The notes beneath the pieces were generated by a model. It made no database searches. It was not told the origin of the DNA and saw only the letters and a program-made list of their open reading frames with translations. The translations under genes and the position numbers were made by a program. This document shows positions 37,363 through 47,006 of a DNA stretch of 64,000 bases, piece by piece. Position 1 is the stretch's first letter. Each line of letters opens with the position of its first letter. The stretch covers positions 128,001-192,000 of the forward strand of contig CAVYJM010000011.1 of NCBI GenBank assembly GCA_963768855.1, read 5' to 3'. The stretch comes from an uncultured Thermoplasmata archaeon (GTDB lineage: Archaea > Thermoplasmatota > Thermoplasmata > RBG-16-68-12).

Positions 37363-37597
37363 GACTTCGCCGAACTTCCCCACGCCCTTCACGTGCCACG
37401 CCCGGCGCTTCAAGTCGGCGATTCGCCATAAGGCTTGCGCCTCCGTCCCCCAGCCGGTTAGGTGCCACAGGATCCCGCGCGGGCGCCCCCGTGCGAGCCA
37501 ATGTGCGTCACGCCACGGGGCCGCAAGCCCCATGTGGAACGGTACGTTCAACTCTGGACTAAACATTGATATATCTCCGGAAACGTAGCAACCATCA

Positions 37598-37663
37598 CAA
37601 GCATCCCTCCACAACGAGGCCGTTCCCTGTTTTTCTACTGTGGCAACGGCCTTACCCTTTTTT
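37598..37663 (+). ncRNA. Candidate small RNA (TATA-hairpin-T6 unit) or bidirectional terminator
   Basis: TTGATATAT 37566-37574; stem AGGCCGTT/AACGGCCT 37617-37652; T6 at 37658-37663. Confidence 0.3.
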
Positions 37664-37716
37664 CTCCTGCGTTTGCGTTGGGCCGGACCGCTCTTCGCCC
37701 GCTTCGTGAGATGCCC

Positions 37717-38358
37717 TTAGGCCGAGGGCGGGATGTCGATCCCCCTCGCATCGATCCGCACCCGATGGCCTTCGACCTTCAGCCGCCCCTCCGCGAACAG
37801 GCGAACCGCGAGCGGCAGCAGACGATGCTCCCATTCTAGGATCCGCGTCTCGAGGCTGTCCTCCGTGTCGTCCTCCATCACGGGGACGGCCTTCTGGAGG
37901 ATGAACGGGCCGCCGTCGACGGACGCGTCGACGAAGTGGATCGTGCACCCAGAAACCTTCGCGCCGGCCGCGAGGACGTCGCGGTGAGCGTGCGCCCCGG
38001 GGAAGGCAGGGAGGAGCGACGGATGGATGTTCATGATCCGGTCCGGGAACTCGCTCACGAGGTATCGTGTCACGATCCGCATGAACCCTGCGAAGACGAC
38101 CAGGTCCACGCGGTGCTCACGGAGGACCTTCACGACGGCCCGCTCGAACCCCTCGCGGTCCTTGCCGAAGGGCCGATGGTCAACGACGGCCGCCGGGACG
38201 CCGGCCTTCTTCGCGCGTTCGAGGACGAGCGCGCCGGGGACGTTGCAGACGAGGACCGCGAGATCGACGTCCAGCTCGCCCCGGTCCCTCGCATCGACGA
38301 GGCTCTGGAAGTCCGTGCCCCGCCCGGAGGCCAGGACGCCGACCCGGGTTCGTGCCAT
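37717..38358 (-). CDS. purN: Phosphoribosylglycinamide formyltransferase
   Basis: VLASGRGT, AGFMRI, NIHPSLLPAFPG, GCTIHFV...VDGGP. Confidence 0.97.
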   Translation of the reverse strand: MARTRVGVLASGRGTDFQSLVDARDRGELDVDLAVLVCNVPGALVLERAKKAGVPAAVVDHRPFGKDREGFERAVVKVLREHRVDLVVFAGFMRIVTRYLVSEFPDRIMNIHPSLLPAFPGAHAHRDVLAAGAKVSGCTIHFVDASVDGGPFILQKAVPVMEDDTEDSLETRILEWEHRLLPLAVRLFAEGRLKVEGHRVRIDARGIDIPPSA

Positions 38359-38366
38359 CGGATCCC

Positions 38367-39899
38367 TCAGTGACGGAAGAGCCGCATCCCGGTGAAGATC
38401 ATTGCGATCCCGTGTTCGTTGCAGGCGTCGATCGCTTCCTGGTCGCGGATCGATCCGCCCGGCTGGGCGATCACGGACACCTTCCCCTTGGCGGCCTCGT
38501 CGATCCCGTCCCGGAACGGGAAGAAGGCGTCGCTCACGAGGACGGACCCTGCCGCCCTGGGTCCCGCCTTCAGGCAGGCCAGGACCACGCTGTCCACCCG
38601 GCTCATCTGTCCAGCGCCCATGCCGACGGTGACCCGGTCCTTCACGAGGACGATGCTATTCGACTTCACGTATTTCGATACCTGCATGCCGAAGACGATG
38701 TCTTGCAGGTCCGCCGGGGTCGCGGTCTTCGTCGTGACGGTCTTGAACGACTCCGGACGGATGTCCGGGTACTGGGAGGTCTGAACGAGCATTCCGCCCG
38801 AGACCTTGACCATCTCGTATTCCGGGGAGGGCCGGAGCGGGAGGTTCGTCCGGACGAGGCGGATGTTCTTCCGCTTCCGCAACCTCTCGAGCGCGTCCTC
38901 GTGGTAGTCGGGCGCGATGATCGCCTCGACGAAGTGCCCCTTCATGCCCTTCGCCGTCTCGAGGTCGACGGGCCGATTGAGACCGACGACGCAGCCGTAC
39001 GCGGACCGCTCGTCCGCGTCATGGGCCTCCGCGTACGCGCGCGCCAGTTCCGGACGCACCGAGACTCCGGAGGGGTTGCCGTGCTTGATCACGACCGCGG
39101 CGGTCTCCACGAACTCGGACGCAATCCGGAGGGCCGCCTCGAGGTCCGCGATGTTGTTGTAGCTCAGATCCCGACCATGGAGCTGCTCGAGGCTCGCGAC
39201 GTTCGGCTTGGGCGCATAGGGGTCGCGGTAGAAGGCGGCCTTCTGGTACGGGTTCTCGCCGTACCTCATGTCGGATGCCTTCTCGAAGGCGATGCGGAGG
39301 CTCGGTGGGAGGGCGCGTCCCTGGTGCCGCCACAGGAAGTTGTAGATCGCGACGTCGTACCGGGAGGTGTACTCGAACGCGTCGAGCGCGAGATCCTCCC
39401 GGAGCTTCGCGGGGAGACCACCTTCCTTCCGATACGCGTCCAGGATCTCTGGATACCGCGACGGTCGGACGACGACGCCCACCCGCGAGGCGTTCTTGGC
39501 GGCGGCCCGGATCAGGGCGACGCCCCCGATGTCGATGTTCTCGATCGCCTCGGCGAGGTCCACGCCTGGTTTGGCGACGACGGACTCGAACGGGTAGAGG
39601 TTCGCGACGACCAGATCGAGCGGCACGGCGCCCCATGCCTTCAGTTCCGGCTCGTCGCCGCGGGGTGCGAGGATGCCGGCGAAGATCCGGGGATGCAGGG
39701 TCTTGACGCGTCCCCCCAATCCCTCCGGCTGGCCCGTGTACTCCGACACGGTCTTCACGGCGAGGCCCGCGGCCTTCAGGGCCTTCGCGGTGCCTTCCGA
39801 TGCGAAGAACTCGAACCCGAGCTCGCTCAGCCCGTGTGCGAAATCCAACAAGCCCTCCTTGTCTGAGAGGCTGAGGAGGGCATGGCGAACAGAAACCAT
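38367..39899 (-). CDS. purH: Bifunctional AICAR formyltransferase/IMP cyclohydrolase (bacterial type)
   Basis: ALLSLSDK, GRVKTLHP, ENIDIGG, RYGENPYQ, SYNNIAD, KHGNP, GQMSRVDS, SDAFFPF, QPGGSIRD. Confidence 0.98.
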   Translation of the reverse strand: MVSVRHALLSLSDKEGLLDFAHGLSELGFEFFASEGTAKALKAAGLAVKTVSEYTGQPEGLGGRVKTLHPRIFAGILAPRGDEPELKAWGAVPLDLVVANLYPFESVVAKPGVDLAEAIENIDIGGVALIRAAAKNASRVGVVVRPSRYPEILDAYRKEGGLPAKLREDLALDAFEYTSRYDVAIYNFLWRHQGRALPPSLRIAFEKASDMRYGENPYQKAAFYRDPYAPKPNVASLEQLHGRDLSYNNIADLEAALRIASEFVETAAVVIKHGNPSGVSVRPELARAYAEAHDADERSAYGCVVGLNRPVDLETAKGMKGHFVEAIIAPDYHEDALERLRKRKNIRLVRTNLPLRPSPEYEMVKVSGGMLVQTSQYPDIRPESFKTVTTKTATPADLQDIVFGMQVSKYVKSNSIVLVKDRVTVGMGAGQMSRVDSVVLACLKAGPRAAGSVLVSDAFFPFRDGIDEAAKGKVSVIAQPGGSIRDQEAIDACNEHGIAMIFTGMRLFRH

Positions 39900-39973
39900 C
39901 CCTATTACCGCCTCGGAATGGTGGGCTCGCGCTTAAACCTTGAGAGCAGCTCGGGAAGCGAACCGCGCGCTCC

Positions 39974-40933
39974 TCACGGGTGGCCCGCAGGGGGCAAGGG
40001 GCGGCGGCCAAGCCCGGACTCCCGGACGAGTCGGGGCACGGCCTCTTCCCAGTTGACGGCCATGATGTGCACGCCGTGCACGCCCTCGATGGACCGGAGC
40101 GCCTTGATCGTTCGCAGGGCGATGCTCAGGCCCTCCGCGCGCGGATCCGGAGCGGCGTTCATCCGGTGGAGGATGTCTTTGGGGACGGCGACGCCGGGGA
40201 CCTTCTCGGCCATGAACCGGGCCATCTTGGCGGAGCGCAGCGGGATGACGCCTGCGAGGATGTGGACGTGCTCGTGCAGCCACTCCTTCCGCACGAGCCG
40301 CATCCACTCCTCGAACCGGTCCACATCGTAGATGGCCTGGGTTTGGATGAAGTCCGCACCGGCGGTCACCTTGCCGCGGAGGTTCTCGAACGACTCCTCG
40401 AGGGAACCTGCGAAGGGATTCGCTGTCGCGCCGAGGAACAGCTTCGGCGGCGCGTCGACCCGGTCGCCCCCGCGGAGGAGCCCCTGGTCCCGCAGGTCGC
40501 GGGCGGCGCTGAGGAATTCCTCCGTGCTGAGGTCGTACACCCCCGCCGCATCCCGCTCGTTCCCGATGTGCGGCGGGTCACCCCGCATGCAGAGCACGTT
40601 CCGGACGCCGAGGGCCGCCCCTCCGAGGAGATCGGCCTGAAGCGCGATCCGGTTCCGGTCGCGGAGTACGATCTGGAGGACCGGCTCGACGTCTTCCTGG
40701 AGCGTGAGCGCGGCCGCGGCCATCGCGGACATCCGGACCATGGCCCGTTGGCAGTCCGTGACGTTGCAGGCGTCCGTGGAATCCCGGAGGAGGGCCGCAA
40801 TCCGGCGGACTTCCGTAGGATCCGCGGACCCGGGCGGGGCGATCTCGGCGGTCACCGCAAAACCGCCTTCGGCGAGGACCCGCTCGAGGCGACCGCCCGA
40901 GCGCACTTGCCGCGTGACCGCCTTCGCGACCAT
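39974..40933 (-). CDS. metF: Methylenetetrahydrofolate reductase
   Basis: VTAEIAPP, NVTD, RDRNRIALQADL.GA, GA.ANPF, KV.AGADFIQTQ, GVHIMA. Confidence 0.92.
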   Translation of the reverse strand: MVAKAVTRQVRSGGRLERVLAEGGFAVTAEIAPPGSADPTEVRRIAALLRDSTDACNVTDCQRAMVRMSAMAAAALTLQEDVEPVLQIVLRDRNRIALQADLLGGAALGVRNVLCMRGDPPHIGNERDAAGVYDLSTEEFLSAARDLRDQGLLRGGDRVDAPPKLFLGATANPFAGSLEESFENLRGKVTAGADFIQTQAIYDVDRFEEWMRLVRKEWLHEHVHILAGVIPLRSAKMARFMAEKVPGVAVPKDILHRMNAAPDPRAEGLSIALRTIKALRSIEGVHGVHIMAVNWEEAVPRLVRESGLGRRPLPPAGHP

Positions 40934-41025
40934 TTCCCCGGAACATGCGTGCCCGATGCTTGAGTCTGTCGACCGGAAAGGAGGAGGATTATTCGGATGG
41001 GAATGGGGCCGTGCCCGTCCCGCGA

Positions 41026-42177
41026 CTACCATCCGTAGTGCTCGCAGAGCTCGAGGGCCCGCACCATGCCGAGGAACTCCCGGGCGTGGAGCAGGAGCCA
41101 CGGCCTGCGACGAACCGTACGGGCCGCGAACCGGAGGGACACGGCCCGCCAGTCGAGACCGTCCAGCTCCGCGCCCACATCGTCCATGAGTCGGTCGGAC
41201 CAACCCCGCACCCGCTCGATCATCCACCAGAGGATCGGGTCGAGGAAGGGCGAGTTCCTCAGGATCCGATCGTACCCGGACATCGCTGCCGGGTCCTCCT
41301 TCTCCAGCGCAGCCACGGCAAACTCGCCCGCGAGCCGCCCGCTGAACAGGCCCGGGTGGATGCCCGCCCCGTTCATGGGATTCGTGACGCCCGCGGCGTC
41401 GCCCACCACGGCGAAGCCCGGGATTGCGTAGCTGGTCAGGTCGTAGCGGTACGGGATCGTGCCTGCGATCGATCTGGCGGAGCGCGCGGGGTCCAGATGG
41501 TGGTCCCGGCAGAACGCCACGGTCGCCGCGTGCGCGTCGATGTGGCCCCCCGCGCCGACGTTGACGGCGTCGCCCTTCGGGAAGATCCAGGCGTATCCGC
41601 CGTCGTACCGTTCCCCGATGTAGAGGCGGAACCGGTCCGGGTCGGGGAGCTCGACCGCCTCCCGGGGGAAGCGATACTCGTACGCGAGGATTTGCTCCTG
41701 GCGCTGGACGAGGCCGAGGGTCTTCGCCACGAAGCTCGTGGGTCCGTCCGCGCCGATGAGGATCTTCGATTCGAAGGTCTGGCCGCCCGCGGTCACACGC
41801 CATCCGCCGTCGCGACGCTCCACGCCGGTGACCCTTGAGGAGGTCTGCAGCTCTGCGCCACGATCCACGGCGCCGCCGACGACCCACTGGTCGAACGCCA
41901 CCCGATTGATGGCATAGCCCGGGAGACGCGTGATGAAGAAGCTCTTCCCGCTCGGGACGATGCAGCAGGCGCCTTTGATCTCCTGCTCGACCCATGCGCC
42001 GTCGGCCCGGAGGCCATTCGACTCGAGGCCGAATCGGCTGACGCCTTCAGCGCACTGCACCGGCTCCCCGACGACTCGCTTCTTCTCCAGGACCAGGGTG
42101 GAGAAGCCTGCCGCCGCGAGGGGCCTCGCCGCCATCCCGCCTGCCGGTCCCGCCCCGACCACGATCGCGTCGTACAC
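41026..42177 (-). CDS. Geranylgeranyl reductase family FAD oxidoreductase
   Basis: VVGAGPAG, CAEG, IGADG, GYAWIFPKG, GDAAG..NP..GAGI. Confidence 0.9.
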   Translation of the reverse strand: MYDAIVVGAGPAGGMAARPLAAAGFSTLVLEKKRVVGEPVQCAEGVSRFGLESNGLRADGAWVEQEIKGACCIVPSGKSFFITRLPGYAINRVAFDQWVVGGAVDRGAELQTSSRVTGVERRDGGWRVTAGGQTFESKILIGADGPTSFVAKTLGLVQRQEQILAYEYRFPREAVELPDPDRFRLYIGERYDGGYAWIFPKGDAVNVGAGGHIDAHAATVAFCRDHHLDPARSARSIAGTIPYRYDLTSYAIPGFAVVGDAAGVTNPMNGAGIHPGLFSGRLAGEFAVAALEKEDPAAMSGYDRILRNSPFLDPILWWMIERVRGWSDRLMDDVGAELDGLDWRAVSLRFAARTVRRRPWLLLHAREFLGMVRALELCEHYGW

Positions 42178-42228
42178 GTCTTCGGGTCGTCCAAGGGGGC
42201 CGCGCGATAAGTGCCTTGCGGCCCCCGC

Positions 42229-42738
42229 TCAGACGCGGCGGGAGACGACGTCCGCGCCGTGGGGCGTGAGCCGGTACACGTAGGGTGGTACACCGCGCCG
42301 GAGCGCGGGCCCGCGCTGCTTCGCGATGAGCGCGATGGCGCTGAGGACCCGGAGACCGTTGACGGTCGTGTAGTCCGAGAGCTCGAGTTCCTCGGAGATC
42401 TCATTCGCGGTCGCCTCCGGGTGGTCGCGGAGGAACCCGAGGATCCGCACCTTCTGGGAATCGAGGGCCTCGGAGGTCTGGCGTTCCATCCGGGGTTCGA
42501 ACTGGAGCCGCTCGTAGATCCGCTTGCCCTGCTCGGACGGCGTGACCATGACCAGGAGGAGCGCGTTGCGCTCGATCTCCAGGAGGTGCTTCGCCACCGC
42601 GGCAGGCGCGATTCCCATCTGGGCCGCCAGCTCGGGGATCCGGGAATCACGGTTGCGGTAGACCTTGTTCTCCACAACGATTGTTAGGACCTCGCGCTGA
42701 CGCTCTGTCAGCTCACGCGTCCAATCGTTCGAGTGCAT
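42229..42738 (-). CDS. Two-HTH DNA-binding protein
   Basis: LTERQREVL...LAAQMGI...V.KHL and IL.FL..HP..T..EI.EEL wHTH. Confidence 0.75.
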   Translation of the reverse strand: MHSNDWTRELTERQREVLTIVVENKVYRNRDSRIPELAAQMGIAPAAVAKHLLEIERNALLLVMVTPSEQGKRIYERLQFEPRMERQTSEALDSQKVRILGFLRDHPEATANEISEELELSDYTTVNGLRVLSAIALIAKQRGPALRRGVPPYVYRLTPHGADVVSRRV

Positions 42739-42934
42739 CCGAAGGGGTAGACATTTCGGGAGAGGACTTAACTGTTTTCGTGCCTGATAACCAATTGACG
42801 CGCGTCTGACACCAAAACCGTACGTTTTTCCGCGCTGAGACTAACATACGCGCACGCGCGCGCACCCGCGTGGTAACGAGAACCGTTTCTGAAAGTCCTT
42901 AACGCCCTCCGGGATAACCGCCGCGGTGGCCTCC

Positions 42935-43816
42935 ATGACGGGCGAAATCATCGACGGCAAGCGCGTGGCGGACGACATCCGGGGCGAGCTCCGCGACCGC
43001 TTGGATCGCCTGCGTTCGCATGGAGTGAACCCCGGGCTCACCGCGATCCTCGTCGGCGACAACCCCGGCTCCCAGCTGTACGTGAAGATGAAGGGCAAGG
43101 CGTGCGAGGAGATGGGCATGGCCCATCAGACCGTTGAGATGCCGAAGGACACGACCGAGGCGGCCCTCCTCCAGGTCGTCCACCGACTCAACCTCGACCC
43201 TACGGTGCACGGGATCTTGGTTCAGCAGCCGTTGCCTCCCCAAATCTCCGTCGATGCAGCCGTCCGGGCCGTCGACCCGAGCAAGGACGTGGACTGCTTC
43301 CATCCCGAGAATGTCGGCCTCGTGCTCATCGGCAGCCCGCGGTTCGCCCCCGCGACGCCTGCCGGCGTCGTCGAACTCCTCGTGCGCAGTGGCAACGATC
43401 CCGCCGGGAAGGACGTCGTCATCGCGGGTCGGAGCAACATCGTGGGGAAGCCGCTCGCGGCGCTCCTGATGCAGAAGGCCCCGAAGGCGAACGCCACGGT
43501 GACCGTGGTCCATAGCGCGACCCGGAACCTAGCCGCTCACACGCGCCGCGCCGAGATTCTCGTGGCCGCGATGGGGGCTCCGGGGACGATCCGGGCGGAC
43601 ATGGTCCAAGACGGCGTGGTCGTCATCGATGTCGCGACGAACCGGATCCCGGACGCGAGCAAGAAGAGCGGCTACCGTACGGTGGGCGACGTCGACTTCC
43701 CGGCGGTGAAGGAGAAGGCGAAAGCCATCACGCCCGTTCCGGGAGGCGTCGGACCCATGACGATCGCGATGCTTCTCGTCAATACCGTCCGCGCGGCCGA
43801 GCTCGCCGCCAGGTGA
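42935..43816 (+). CDS. folD: Methylenetetrahydrofolate dehydrogenase/cyclohydrolase
   Basis: IDGK..A, HGILVQ.PLP, KDVD.FHP, GRSNIVGKP, TPVPGGVGPMT. Confidence 0.98.
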   Translation: MTGEIIDGKRVADDIRGELRDRLDRLRSHGVNPGLTAILVGDNPGSQLYVKMKGKACEEMGMAHQTVEMPKDTTEAALLQVVHRLNLDPTVHGILVQQPLPPQISVDAAVRAVDPSKDVDCFHPENVGLVLIGSPRFAPATPAGVVELLVRSGNDPAGKDVVIAGRSNIVGKPLAALLMQKAPKANATVTVVHSATRNLAAHTRRAEILVAAMGAPGTIRADMVQDGVVVIDVATNRIPDASKKSGYRTVGDVDFPAVKEKAKAITPVPGGVGPMTIAMLLVNTVRAAELAAR

Positions 43817-43897
43817 AAATCTGAACAAAGAGGGAAGGGGCGGCCACGCAGCTCCGAGACGGGGAGCCGCGGACCGCTTCGCGATTTTCGAGGATTC

Positions 43898-44467
43898 CTA
43901 CGCCGGATAGAACACCGCGACCAGGTTCGCGTACCAGAACTGGTCGGCCGCGCTCGCTCCCGCGGCCATCCGGCCGTTTACATAGAACGTGTACGTACCA
44001 GAGGCGCTCACCGTGTAGTTGTTCATCACGGCAATGCTGTTCCAGTAGGTGTCCGTCGGGAGGCCGGATTGCACGACCATGATGCCCAGGTACGGGTCGT
44101 CGGGACAAGCACTCGTGTTGTTCTGCACGACGACATAGGCCACGTCCCTCGTCCCGGTCGTGTGCTGGATGTCAAGCATCACGTTGGCGTTGATGACGAC
44201 TTGTCCGGCACGGGGCACGGTGATCGAGATCTCCGCTCCGGTGTACTGGGTGCACGTGGCCGCGAGGACGACAGCGTTCGCGGTGCTGTTCGTGGTCATG
44301 AGGGTTCCTGCGCCGGCGGGCCCCTGGGGGCCTTGAGCACCGGTGGCTCCCGTGGCCCCGTTCGCGCCGTTCGCGCCCGCGGGACCCGTGGGCCCGGGGA
44401 TCGCGAAGCCAACGACCAAGGCGACGACCGCGAGCGCCAGAGCGGCAATTCCCAGTATCGAGCTCAT
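43898..44467 (-). CDS. Membrane-anchored collagen-like surface protein
   Basis: N-terminal TM, ten Gly-X-Y triplets (GPT GPA GAN GAN GAT GAT GAQ GPQ GPA GAG), C-terminal beta-sandwich; the start may lie further upstream. Confidence 0.8.
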   Translation of the reverse strand: MSSILGIAALALAVVALVVGFAIPGPTGPAGANGANGATGATGAQGPQGPAGAGTLMTTNSTANAVVLAATCTQYTGAEISITVPRAGQVVINANVMLDIQHTTGTRDVAYVVVQNNTSACPDDPYLGIMVVQSGLPTDTYWNSIAVMNNYTVSASGTYTFYVNGRMAAGASAADQFWYANLVAVFYPA

Positions 44468-44658
44468 TCCGGTTCGGGGAGGGCGGGCCGGCGCGGGGCT
44501 CGGTGTGGGCGCGGGCGCGCTCTCTCCGTGATTGGGCTCTATTGGCGGGCGGTCCGCAGCTGTAGTCGAATAACCTCTCGGTTCGAAACTCAATCCTGGG
44601 AATGGTCCTCTCATCCTCCGAGGAAACCCTTTTGGCCTCTCACCCGTTGCAGAGGGCC

Positions 44659-45984
44659 GTGCGAGTCCTCGTGGTGGGCGGGGGAGGCCGCGAGCACGCG
44701 ATCGTGGAGGCGTTGCGACGCGGTGGGGCCGAGATCCTCGCTGCCATGGCCAACCAGAACCCCGGCATCCGCCGCGTCGCGAGAGAAACCCTCATCGGTG
44801 ACGTGAACGCGGTGGACCGCATCGTCGCCTGGGCACAGGACCAGCACGCGGACTTGGCGGTCATCGGCCCCGAGGCCCCGCTCGAGAGAGGAATCGTCGA
44901 CGCCTTGGAGGCCCGGGGCGTCCCCACGGCCGGGCCGACGAAGGCGGCCGCCCAGCTCGAGACGAACAAGGAGTTCACTCGGGACCTGATGAAGACCTAC
45001 GGGATCCCCGGCCTCCCCTCTTACTGGGCCTTCGACTCGTACGCACCGTTCTCCGAGTTCGTGCTGGACAGCGACTTCGAGTTCGTGATCAAGCCGCTGG
45101 GCCTCACGGGTGGCAAGGGCGTGCAGGTCTGGGGGGACCACTTCTCCTCGAAGGAGGGCGCCCTCGCGTACGGCCGGGAGATCCTCGAGAAGAAGATCGG
45201 CGGCCAGGCCCGCTTCCTCGTCGAGGAGAAACTCGTTGGGGAGGAGTTCTCGCTCCAGGCCCTATCTGACGGCAAGCGCCTCGTGCCCTCCCCTCTTGCG
45301 CAGGACCACAAACGGGCGTATGAGGGGGACCGGGGACCGAACACGGGCGGGATGGGCTCCTACAGCGACGCGGATCATCTCCTGCCCTTCGTCTCGCGCC
45401 TGGAATACGACCAGGCGATCGAGACGATGCGGCGCACGGTCGAGGCGATGACAGACCGCGGGACCCCGTTCAAGGGTGTGCTCTACGGCGGCTTCATGGC
45501 CACGAAGGACGGGCCGAAACTGCTCGAGTACAATGTCCGCTTCGCGGACCCGGAGTCCATGAACATCCTCCCGATCCTGGAGGACAACTTCGTCGATCTC
45601 TGTGAAAGCGTCGCGCGCGGCGGGCTGCCGCTTCGCGCCCACTTCGCCCGCAAGGCCACGGTCTGCAAATACGTCGTGCCGCCGGGCTACGGCACGCACC
45701 CGAAGGCGGGAGAGCAGCTCAAGGTGGACGAGGACAGCATCCGCCGGACGGGCGCCCGCCTCTACTACGCCGCCGTGGACGAGCGGAACGGCCACATCTA
45801 CACGACGACCTCCCGGTCCCTCGCCGTGGTCGGCATCGCGGACGACCTCGGGACGGCCGAAGCGATCTCGGAGGAAGCGCTCGCCTTCATCGGCGGGAGT
45901 TACTACGCGCGGCGGGACATCGGGAAGCCCGACGTCGTGGGTCGCAAGGTCGAGAAGATGCGCAAGATCCGCGGTGCCGCCTGA
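44659..45984 (+). CDS. purD: Phosphoribosylamine--glycine ligase
   Basis: VLVVGGGGREHA, IGPE.PL, KGV, EE.L.GEE.S, QDHKR..EGD.GPNTGGMG, EYN.RF.DPE. Confidence 0.98.
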   Translation: MRVLVVGGGGREHAIVEALRRGGAEILAAMANQNPGIRRVARETLIGDVNAVDRIVAWAQDQHADLAVIGPEAPLERGIVDALEARGVPTAGPTKAAAQLETNKEFTRDLMKTYGIPGLPSYWAFDSYAPFSEFVLDSDFEFVIKPLGLTGGKGVQVWGDHFSSKEGALAYGREILEKKIGGQARFLVEEKLVGEEFSLQALSDGKRLVPSPLAQDHKRAYEGDRGPNTGGMGSYSDADHLLPFVSRLEYDQAIETMRRTVEAMTDRGTPFKGVLYGGFMATKDGPKLLEYNVRFADPESMNILPILEDNFVDLCESVARGGLPLRAHFARKATVCKYVVPPGYGTHPKAGEQLKVDEDSIRRTGARLYYAAVDERNGHIYTTTSRSLAVVGIADDLGTAEAISEEALAFIGGSYYARRDIGKPDVVGRKVEKMRKIRGAA

Positions 45985-46004
45985 TTGACCGAAGGGGCGA
46001 CCCC

Positions 46005-46871
46005 TCATCGGACGCCGTCAAGGAAATCGCGTACAATCTCGATGTACAGAGGCCGCTGCTCCCAGAACGCGAGGTGCGAACTCTCGTCGAACAGGACGAG
46101 CTTTGAGCCCTGGATCCCGTTCTGTATGGCCCGCGCCACGCGGGGCGTGACCTCGTCGTACCGACCGACCGTGACGAGGGCCGGGAGTCGGATCTCCGGG
46201 AGCCGATCCGTCACATCCCAGTCGCGAATCCGACCGGTGATCGTGAACTCGTTCGGGCCGTTCATGATCCGGTACACGAGCCCCGTGTTGTCCATCGTCT
46301 GGACCACTTCGTGGGGCCAGACCCGGAGGCGGCACAGGTGCCTCCGGTAGAACACGTCGACCGCCTTCAGGTACTCGGGATTCCGGAAGTCGCCTCGTGC
46401 GTTGTGCCTCCGGATCGTGGCCCGCACGCGGGGCGGGAGTCGGTTCACGAGCCGCCACATCTCCCGGACCGTGAGCGGCGTGCTCGCGAGGCCGCTCGAC
46501 ACGACGAGACTCCGGAGCGCCTTCGGATACGTCAGGGCGGTCGCGAGGACGAGCGCCCCGCCGTAGCTCGAGCCCATGAGGTGCACGCGCCCGAGGTGCA
46601 GGGCCCGCCGGATCCCTTCGACCTCCTCCACATGATGGTCGATCGTGTAGAGGGCCGTCCCTCTCGGTCGCTGCGACCGGCCACAGCCGAGCTGGTCGAA
46701 GAGCACGACGCGGTACCCGAACTGGGCCAGGTCGGCCAGGGGAAGCAGATAATCGTGCGAGGCGCCGGGGCCCCCGTGGAGGCAGAGGACGGTCCCCTTT
46801 GTCGCCCTCCCGAACGAGCGGTAGAACAGCCGATATCCCAGGACCCTCGCAAACCCCTCCGCCTCGTCCAT
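46005..46871 (-). CDS. pip: Proline iminopeptidase family alpha/beta hydrolase
   Basis: LHGGPG..HDY, DQLGCGRS, GSSYGG nucleophile elbow, MNGPNEF, GRYDE, SSH. Confidence 0.88.
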   Translation of the reverse strand: MDEAEGFARVLGYRLFYRSFGRATKGTVLCLHGGPGASHDYLLPLADLAQFGYRVVLFDQLGCGRSQRPRGTALYTIDHHVEEVEGIRRALHLGRVHLMGSSYGGALVLATALTYPKALRSLVVSSGLASTPLTVREMWRLVNRLPPRVRATIRRHNARGDFRNPEYLKAVDVFYRRHLCRLRVWPHEVVQTMDNTGLVYRIMNGPNEFTITGRIRDWDVTDRLPEIRLPALVTVGRYDEVTPRVARAIQNGIQGSKLVLFDESSHLAFWEQRPLYIEIVRDFLDGVR

Positions 46872-47006
46872 CGTCGACCCGACCCGCCGAGTGCGTCGGT
46901 GTCCAAGAGGCTTTCGCTCGCACCGATCCGCGTGGCGTGCGTCTCCGGTCCCGTGGTGCGCCGTTGGCCCCAACCCTCAAATAACGGGAGGGCTCATGGC
47001 CGCGGC

